This document shows, in pieces, positions 55,395 through 64,000 of a DNA stretch of 64,000 bases. The position numbers and the translations under genes were made by a program. The stretch comes from Utricularia gibba (lineage: Eukaryota; Plantae; Magnoliophyta). The stretch is taken from contig NEEC01000010.1 in NCBI GenBank assembly GCA_002189035.1, positions 496,001-560,000 on the forward strand, given 5' to 3'. Below the pieces are notes generated by a model. The model was given only the letters and a program-made list of their open reading frames with translations, was not told where the DNA came from and did no database searches. Numbering within the stretch: position 1 is the stretch's first letter; each line of letters begins with the position of its first letter.

Positions 55395-57173
55395 TGGCGC
55401 TGCTTCTTCTTCTTCTATGTATACGACGGTGACAGCGAGGAGAGAAGCGGGCTGTGTGTGAAGGAGGAGTATCAGCAGCAGTACGGGGCTTCAATTGGAA
55501 TTGATTTGAAGGATGATGGACCCATTGCCTTTTTCTTCTTTTCTTTTTCTCCTCGGAATCAATGGCTGGCGTCCTCCTCTCTCTACTCTCTACTCTCTAC
55601 TCGCTATTCCTCCGCCTGTAAAGTAAGTATATTATTTTAGGATTAGGGTTTCCCATGCGTATGCGTAGTAGAGAGAGATGCACTGAATTTGTATACGTGT
55701 GGGTAGGGTACTCCTCAACCAGGCCGTCGATTGGAATGGAGGGTCAACAATTCCCCACGTCCCCGTTCCACCCCATCATTACTGCCGGCATCCCGTCGTC
55801 TTCCAGAAGGGTTGCTGGTTACCCCCCACGCCCAGACTCCACAGTGACATGCAACTAGGCGGCAATCGGCGTACGCACTCACGATTCAAACACAAGAAAG
55901 CATCAGTTTTTGGGTGGAGAGAAGAATGGTGGAATCGATGAATTCCGGAATTCGCAATGCAATCAACAACCCATGTGTTGCGGGAAAGAGTGTGTTTGGG
56001 GCGGTAGGGGGTTCAACCGGCGAGGCAGGTGTCAGTGATTTTTCTTTTTTGGGATGACGCGAACGTGAGGGCGGCCGAAATAACATAAAAAAGGGAGGGG
56101 CGCGGGCGAGCTGGAGATGAGTAGTAAGTTGGCCTTTTTGTTTGAGTTGATGTGACGCGTCCAGGCGCTATCGACGGGGCCAAGTGGCATGGGGGCCCCA
56201 CACTCGACTGGGATGGCCAGCCATCGCCATAGCCGTAGCCGTAGCCGTAGTCGCCCTTGCTGTTGCTGCTCTGCCCTGCGCAATCACTTCTCATCTCGCG
56301 TTTCTGTAATTGGGTATGCCGTTGCCATGCAATGCAGCATGATGTCCCTGAGATGCTTTGAGTGTCCCGGCCCGGGCACCTAAACTTGGTCTCATCTTCC
56401 TTCCAGAGGAGTGAGTGCTTTGAGAGAATCGTGATGGCAGTAGATGTGGGTTGTCTAGGTCATACATCCTCCTTCCACCCCCCATCATCCTGCCCTTTTG
56501 GCCTTTATACGATAAGTGAAAAAAAAATATATAGGGGATGTATGGATGGAGGATTAAAGGCATCTGGTCCATGAAATGGTCCAAATGTTGAAACCAAGTT
56601 TACATGGTTGGACTCACCATGAAGCTACATCAACATCAGTTAGTGTTATAATAAACGCTGACAACGCCAACACCTAAACCTCCTTACACACCTAAAACAC
56701 ACACACACACCCCCACACCCCGCCCACAAAAGGAAAAAACAAAAAAAACAAAAGGCCTCACTACTACCTTCACAGCAAAACCCTAATTTCTGCCCAATCA
56801 ATCATCCACACATACACACACGCATATACTTATATATAATATTAAAAAAAAACAAAGAAGAGAAGCTGGGGAGAAGAGCATTAAAAAAAGAAATGGTTGG
56901 TGTGGGTGTGGGTGTGGGTGTTGGCGCGCAGAATGGAGGCAGAGAGACAGATTCACGGAAGCGCATAAGGTCTCGAGAGAGAACACATGAAACTGGAGAA
57001 GAGATAAATAAAAGAGCAGCAGGCAGAATCCCTGGCGTCGTATAAAGTCGAAGGAAAACTGGAGATGAGTCAGTGGAAAAGGATACAAAGGAGGTGTACG
57101 GAAACCAGATGGTTCAGAATTCAGATCAATCAATGTGTTAGTAAATGTATTCATTCATGTATGTTAAAAGGAC

Positions 57174-57207
57174 GGGGACGGGGATGGGTATGGGTATGGG
57201 GGAGGGG
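57174..57207 (+). other. Predicted G-quadruplex motif
   Basis: Six tracts of 3-5 G with 1-3 nt loops: GGGGACGGGGATGGGTATGGGTATGGGGGAGGGG. Sequence motif only. Confidence 0.6.
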
Positions 57208-58010
57208 AGCTCCACCCCAAATCATACATACATACATACATACATCCATACATAATCAATCCCTTTGATCATTTCTCAAACCAAGTGACAGACGGACTAA
57301 TATTTCCAAGTATGAATTGAATTCACACCCTGCCTGATGGGACCCGGACCCACACATGCCCTGCTAACAAATAGAAAAAAAGCATTTCGTGCTTGCGAAG
57401 GGATTGGGGCGGGCTCCAGCTCCAGCTCCAGATCCAGGTCCAGATCCGATGGGGTTGTGCTGTGCTGTGCGGGTGGATCATTAAATAGTGCCTGTAAATA
57501 TTTGCGTGAGGCAGTGGGATTCTCGGGGTGATTTGATTTGACACGAGCTCTGTTACTGACATTTTTTCCATTTCATTTTTCCTTGCTGAATAAAGCTGCC
57601 GCTCCGACTCTCAACTCCCGAAACTCCACTTTGGGAATCTCCAGCTCAGCACAAACACAATACTCAATAGGGAGGGAGGGAGGGGAGGTGAGCAAGCAGC
57701 CCAGCCCACAATTGCATTGCATCTTCCTCCACCGAACTCCCCAAAGCTCAAGTGCCAGCCCATCGCCTGCTCCGGCCCCATACTTGGAAGGCGCACTGCC
57801 CTGGCCCAAACTACTAATTCATGCCATGTTTTGACCAATTCCAAGAAAGTGTTTTTTTTTTTTTTTTTTTTTGTTGTTGTCATGTAACAAGATAATGGGA
57901 AAATGGGCCAAGTTTTCTTTTTCAAAAGCAAAAAGAAGAAAGAAAACAAAAAACAATATCTATGAATGAGCATGGAGCACTGGGACTGGGACTGGGACTG
58001 GGAGGGAAAG

Positions 58011-59453
58011 TCATTTGGCGCATAGCTCGATTGATCTGAAGCTGGCGCTGGCGCTGGCGCTGGAAGATCCCAGATCTTTATAAGGACCCACACCCAGACC
58101 CTCCTCCTCCAAGTATCCTTGCACCCCTCGTCTTCTGGACTTGTGCAATACTACCCCTACGACAATTCCACAAACTATGCAAATCACCCCTACCGCTGTT
58201 CCAACCAGAATCAACCCCAACGCCCCCATGCCACTCCTCCCTGCACCCTCCCGCACTTTAAAATACCCCATCCTCGTGTCATCCTCCACGGCGACCAGCG
58301 TCGGCACCGCGAAATCCACGGCGTAGCAGAACCCGGAGGAATTACTGTACACCCCGTGGCAACTGCAATTCGCAGCGCAGGACGCTTCGCATTCCTCCAA
58401 CGATGCCAGTATTCGGTACGACATTAATTCTTTGAAGGGCAGCTCAACTCCTGTTCTCCGCAGCAACTTGAACTTTGCGCCGCACAAGTCCCCGGAATCT
58501 CCGTCCTCCGGTGGCGCGCAGCTTCGCGATTGGTTGTTTAGGCAGGAGCAGCCTTTACCCGGGCGGCATAAACCGTAGGATCCGCAGAAATTGGGCAACT
58601 GACAAAAATCGGAGATTAATTGGTAATCCGGAGACCAATCCGTCCCTGTCCAGTAATAGCCTTTGAAATTCCCGTCAGGCTCCAGACGGAGGCGGCGAGG
58701 GCCGGTGAGATTTCGCTGGAAGGTATTGAAAGCTTCCACATCGGCGGGTATCGAATTGTTGCTTTGGAAAATACCCATATAGCCATCTGATTTGATTGTC
58801 ATGTAAATCGGAATACCTTCGATGATATCTGCTTTCGCTTCCAACGCCCCGTGCTTGAAGTACATCTGCTCAACTCCACCGAACTTGGTGTAAAAGCCGA
58901 TGAAATTGCTGCCCAATCGCATGGTGTAAAGCCCGTTGGAAGAAACCAGTTCCATGTCCGAGGTGAAATTCTGGGATTCCACCAGTGTATCCGTCGGAGA
59001 ATCAAAGCTTTGCCACTGGATGTCGCCACCGTCTCGACCTTGTACAATCAGGTTGGAGGTATTAGAGAGCCAAACACGGTCTCCCGAAGTTTGTGTCGAC
59101 CAGAGTTCTCCGTTACGGGGATCAGATAAAACAAGGCTGCCGTTGAACGAAAGCTGAGTCCCTTGGCCCCATCTCGCCGTAGCAGCCGACCATAGCGTGA
59201 CCTCTGACGGGAGGTGGATGATGGAGAGGCTGAGTTTCTCCTCTTGGATCCTAAGAAAACCAAGGGAGTAGCTCCCTGTGGAGTCCTTGAGCAGAGGCTG
59301 GAAAGAAACGAAAGAGGAGTCGGCCGTCGCCGAGAAGCCGAGACGAAGCTCCTCCGGCACCGGCGCTGGTTCTCTCGCCGATGCAAAAACTAGCAAGAGA
59401 ATAAGATGCAGCAGCAGCAGCAGCGTGAAGAGGGTGCCCACCCTTGGCTCCAT
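58011..59453 (-). CDS. Bulb-type lectin plus PAN/Apple domain membrane protein without kinase domain (At5g03700-like); intronless
   Basis: Signal peptide after MEPRVG, WQSFDSPTDTLV, RLRLEPDGN, CQLPNFCGSYGLC, CEASCAANCSC, transmembrane helix, C-terminal GPYKDLGS..SFRSIEL. Confidence 0.9.
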   Translation of the reverse strand: MEPRVGTLFTLLLLLHLILLLVFASAREPAPVPEELRLGFSATADSSFVSFQPLLKDSTGSYSLGFLRIQEEKLSLSIIHLPSEVTLWSAATARWGQGTQLSFNGSLVLSDPRNGELWSTQTSGDRVWLSNTSNLIVQGRDGGDIQWQSFDSPTDTLVESQNFTSDMELVSSNGLYTMRLGSNFIGFYTKFGGVEQMYFKHGALEAKADIIEGIPIYMTIKSDGYMGIFQSNNSIPADVEAFNTFQRNLTGPRRLRLEPDGNFKGYYWTGTDWSPDYQLISDFCQLPNFCGSYGLCRPGKGCSCLNNQSRSCAPPEDGDSGDLCGAKFKLLRRTGVELPFKELMSYRILASLEECEASCAANCSCHGVYSNSSGFCYAVDFAVPTLVAVEDDTRMGYFKVREGAGRSGMGALGLILVGTAVGVICIVCGIVVGVVLHKSRRRGVQGYLEEEGLGVGPYKDLGSSSASASASFRSIELCAK

Positions 59454-60180
59454 GGATATCCTTTGAAAGTAGCAGAAAGACGTGCACACCCAGCTCCAGC
59501 TCTTATACCCAGAGAGGATATGTCATCTGTTTTTTAATTAAGGGCCCGGCCCGGCCCCAAGGTGCATGAACATGTGTTGAATATTATTTATATAGTTTTG
59601 GGTAATGAGACACAGCACTAAGTTGGTGCATTCCTTTCTAGACGTTGACCAGGGGCGAATGATGGGAAATGGCTGACATTTTGGCAACCCAAAAGTCTTC
59701 TTCCACACAGCCTGGTTGTAATAGTGACGACTTGATCCATATTTTAATGATAAAAAAATTGTTGAAATTTTCTTTGTCAATCATGACGGAGGTAAAAGTA
59801 GAAGTAGTGCGTTAGGCGATTTCCAAACAACTAGTTACTGGACTAAGTTGACCCAAAAATGAATCTGTACGAACATCTTTTTTATACATAAACTCGATTA
59901 GTTAGATCTGATATATATATTTTTTATCTGGGCAATGAACCGGGCAGCCCGCGTAGGTTTGACTGAGTAAAAGGGGCGGGGAGAGAGAGTCTCGGTCTTG
60001 AAGTCGCAACCAACCGTTTGCCGTTGAAGATGCATCTAATCTAATCTATTCTATTCTCTTCTCCATGCCACTCGTTTCTTCTTCTTCTTCTTCTTCCGCC
60101 AACCAACCGGGCTCCCAGCATTCAATGGGGTTGACTTTTGTACCCACCAGGTCTCTCTCACACTCACTATCTCTGAGGGA

Positions 60181-60265
60181 GGGGCCCCACACGTACGCCA
60201 CGCGTGGCAGGCGCCGTCGGCACGGGTTCGCCAGCCGAGTGCAACACCAACACCGACCGACCACT
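60181..60265. promoter_or_regulatory. Cluster of candidate cis-elements (ACGT/CGCG palindromes, two DRE cores)
   Basis: GGGGCCCC, CACACGTACG, 12-bp palindrome GCCACGCGTGGC (60197-60208), overlapping ACCGAC twice (60252-60261). Motif match only. Confidence 0.3.
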
Positions 60266-63200
60266 CCCTTGACGACTCCTTCCCAAGCTAGCAAGGGGAA
60301 GGAATTAGTTGTGGATGCGGTTAAGAACCCGGTCTAGGTGAGCGGCTTTTGCCTTCGCCTCATAACCTGCCTTTTGACTTGTTTGTTTTGCAAAAACAAA
60401 CCACTTGGTAGGACTAAAACTTGAAGCATATACATTTCATATATCAGGGGGAAAGACAGTTTTTTGTTCTAGAACTCACTCTTACAAAGCTATTTTGAAG
60501 TATTCACATACACTCATCTCCATTTTTACCTTTCTACTTGAGAATTTTTTCAGTCATTAATTAGCGCATGTTTTAAAGAAGAAATCCTAACCAGTGCCTT
60601 ACTTGTTACACTTTTGGGCTTCTCCTGCACTCAACTCCTCATGTTCATCCCTTTTTTGAATCATTCATTGTTACCTCATTTCCCTGAACGTGATGTCATT
60701 CTACAAGTTTTTACTACTCGCTAACTTATTAATGGGTTTTTTTGTACTTTCACATAATCGCTAACCTTGCCTCTTTGCTTGGTAAAATTTCAAAACATTT
60801 TAACTTGAAAAAACTTAAGAAAATAATAAAAATGATTCGTTTTCAAAATAAGCGAGAACTCAGAAATATCATTATCCAAATTTGATTTCACGTCGGAGTC
60901 CATGTGTTACAAGATCAAATGATTTCTGGAACAAGTCTTTTATTAAAAAATATGTTGGGATGTTGACAAAATGTGTATGCGTTTTCAAAAGGAAGTTGTT
61001 TAAGACTGAAACATTTCATCTCTTCTTCTTTATTATATGAAATTCATTTTCAAAGATGATTTTGATGTAGATGGGGAAGCATAGATAAAAGTTACAAAGT
61101 CAATTTTAGGCTTTGCGTTGGAAGATGGGATAAGAATTAAATATATTTTACTCCAAATTTAATGTTTTCATATTTATATATTTATTTTATTACACCAAAT
61201 ATTATTTACAAGCCATGTTCACACATGCCCCCATACGAATTTTAGAATTATGATTATATTAGAATAATTTATTCCAAATATATCGACAATTTTCCTTATA
61301 TACATAAAATATATTTCAACATTCATATTTACTTTAAATATATTTAAGCATTTATTTTCTTATAACAAATATGATTTATACATGCCCTCAAATCAAATTA
61401 TTTACATAGTAAAATGTTTTGAAACCTAGATGAATTTGGCGTCTGGTTGCTTAGCTCAGTCAGGTAAAACAACTAAAATGTAACGTACTGAACAAACATG
61501 AGTTTTGGGGGATAAACCAAAGAATATGTGAGCAGAGGAGTGTCCAAATAGGCATGAAGAGATAAAGCATATCTAATTAGGGAGCCACAAAACCCCTTGG
61601 ACGTGGTTTGGGGGCATCCAGGTAAACATAGCCTGTGAAGTGCAACGGGTGTAGCCAACACCCGAACAAAAAGTGCCGAGGAAGACAGACATTTCATCGT
61701 AATGAAGACCCGAGCAAGAAGTTTTTGGGAATATATCTCCTTGTAATGAAGATGCGAGTAGGAAGTTACTATGAAGATATTGTATTGGAGAGAAGGCTTG
61801 GATGCACTATGTATGGGAAGGAGTGTGGGGCTAGTGAGAACACAGGAAGAAAGCACCGTGTGTACATGATGCTAGCCCTAATAAACCAGACCCTGCTCAG
61901 GTAGATCAACTTCTTAATAAATGGGCCTAAGAAGCAATTGCCTGGGAGCATGCTCTTGCATACCGAAGATTCGAGGAGAGCAGGTTACATAGCAAGGACC
62001 TGGTGTAATGAGATAGGAGTTGGGCCCGATGCCCATAAAGCAAGAAGCTTGGCATATGCTGAGAGCCCCCGAGACTCTCTGTCTCACTGGTTAGGTATCT
62101 GGGATTAGGCTACAGACCTTTTATGGTAACTCTCCAAGAGACACAAGGCCAAGGGCTTAAGGGTAAGAGTTCGGATGGCGACGGAGGCCTTGGTGCACAA
62201 ATGGCTTGCAGGATAATCACCCGGATGGGTCAATGAGCAAATGCCAGAAGGACAGTGAAGAGAAGAGTGTCCCAACATTGTGGAATGAGTGTACACTCTT
62301 CTCTTGATTATTTTGAAGATAATTTCCTTGTTATGATATTTCTAGATCAGAGTATATTTAGATTTAACATTTTTTAAATTAAATAGTACTAGTTATATTC
62401 AATCCTACCAATTTCAATCTAATAAAATCAACGAATTAACTCTCATTCTAATTCTTTGATCTACTTATAGATTGTGTGTATTATATTTCTCCCTTATCTT
62501 GGATCTATCCTACAATCGATGAGATACGTGTACACAAATCTTGCACCCTAAGTCAAACAAATACGTGCCCCTTTCATTCTCAAGCTGTCCAGTGAAAATT
62601 AGCCACTCATTTTAAAAGAATTTCTTTCTAACTTCATAAACTCAATACATAAAAATGTTCATAATGCTCTCAAGAATAAAAGGAAACAAGCATGAACAAT
62701 CAGTGCAAATGCAAAAATTGAAAATCTTTTTTTGATAGTCACTGTTCCTAGTTAGAATCAATAAATCATCTAGACTTGAATGTGTGCCTGCCTGTTTAAA
62801 AAAACGGAGTTCTTCTCTTCTCCTGTATTATTCCCATCGTCTCTGGTTTCTTTGTGCTCCCGAAATCGCCATTCGAATGCTGTCCTCGTTGGGGATTGGA
62901 GACTCTTCTCCCCCTCTCTTTTCTTTTTCATGATGGGATCCTTGTACTTTTAACCATCCATTACCCATTCTTTCTAGACTTGTTGCGTGTAGCGATATTT
63001 TTGCACGAAAGGGCATATCTGCTTTTCCCTGTCCAAAATTTATCCCATCATAGCCTTCTTCTTATTTTGGGTATCATCTGGTTTTTCATATAGCAAAATA
63101 AAATTTAAGAGTACTAAGTCAATAATTTAATATAGTTTTACGCAATAAAACACAAACTATATTAAAATTACACTTGAACACTTACTTTCATTAAAAAAAA

Positions 63201-64000
63201 AAGAAACTAACATTCTAGATAAGGAATCTGGTTTTTTTGGACAACACTGTTTGTCCTTTCTATCATGCGTTGATTTGAGAAGGGACATGCAATCATTTTC
63301 GTATGCATAGAATTTAATGAAATTTCAAACTTTCAAGTATGGTGTTGTTAAAGTTATAACTAGTGAATTCCTAATATTCTTTTACAAATAAAAGATTAGT
63401 TACAAAAAAGCAGGTGGGCATTCCTAGTTACATCAAAGTATGCACTATTGTGTAGCAACCCTGGACTGAAGGAAGGACACAGTTGCGTATCCCAACTTTC
63501 TACTGTGAGAGTCAGCGTGCGACCAAAGTAGAAACAAAAGAGCATGCGTGCTTGATATTTCTATCATCAAGTGCGATGATATGATATGACGTTTCAAGTC
63601 AAGCTGTTCTCACTTTTGCACCACGCGCGCTCCATGTGGAAATCATGACTTTATTCATGATAAGCATTATGGAGATTTTAGTGGATGTAAGGTAATAATT
63701 CAGGAGTTTAGAATAATTTCACTTGGCTGGATTTTTAAATGATATGGATATTTTATTTTTTTTTAATCAGCAAATGAATATTTGATATTTTATGCTAAAA
63801 GTATTAATATATTCATCACAATAATTCAAATTATTTTAGAATATGTATTATATGCATAACTAATTCATCAAGATACTATCAATGAGAATTTTGGTTACTA
63901 ATGTGATCGCATTGAAGCCGTTAATGGGCCATACTTGTGAGATACAAATGGATGTAGAAAGGTGGCCCAAGATGAAATTGGAAAGACTATGCATAGCCGT

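Noticed and set aside
63462-63472. TGGACTGAAGG, matching part of miR319
   Set aside because: Only 11 nt match and no complementary hairpin arm is visible.

Overview
AT-rich plant (eudicot-type) nuclear DNA with spliceosomal introns; no rRNA, tRNA, CRISPR array or prokaryotic feature is visible. Seven recognisable protein genes: IQM3-like calmodulin-binding protein (-), KIPK/AGC1-type kinase (+), RLPH2-type phosphatase (+), DUF662/RAB6-interacting-golgin protein (+), TRM-like protein (+), PTL-like trihelix factor (-) and a bulb-lectin/PAN membrane protein (-). Two transposon blocks (about 0-16.4 kb and 29.4-48 kb) hold decayed PIF/Harbinger, Copia, Gypsy, MuDR and hAT elements, several solo LTRs with readable target-site duplications, and MITEs. 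The first block hides three broken host genes (type I MADS, NDR1/HIN1-like, EXO70A) that sat within about 2.5 kb before the insertions; the NHL gene only appears after removing a nested Copia element by hand. IQM3 and KIPK each carry a single -1 frameshift at a short homopolymer (assembly error or early pseudogenisation), and the kinase stop is only 127 bp from the phosphatase ATG. I found no well-supported previously undescribed biological system; the best leads are these structural oddities. All family calls come from motif recognition by eye, not database searches.
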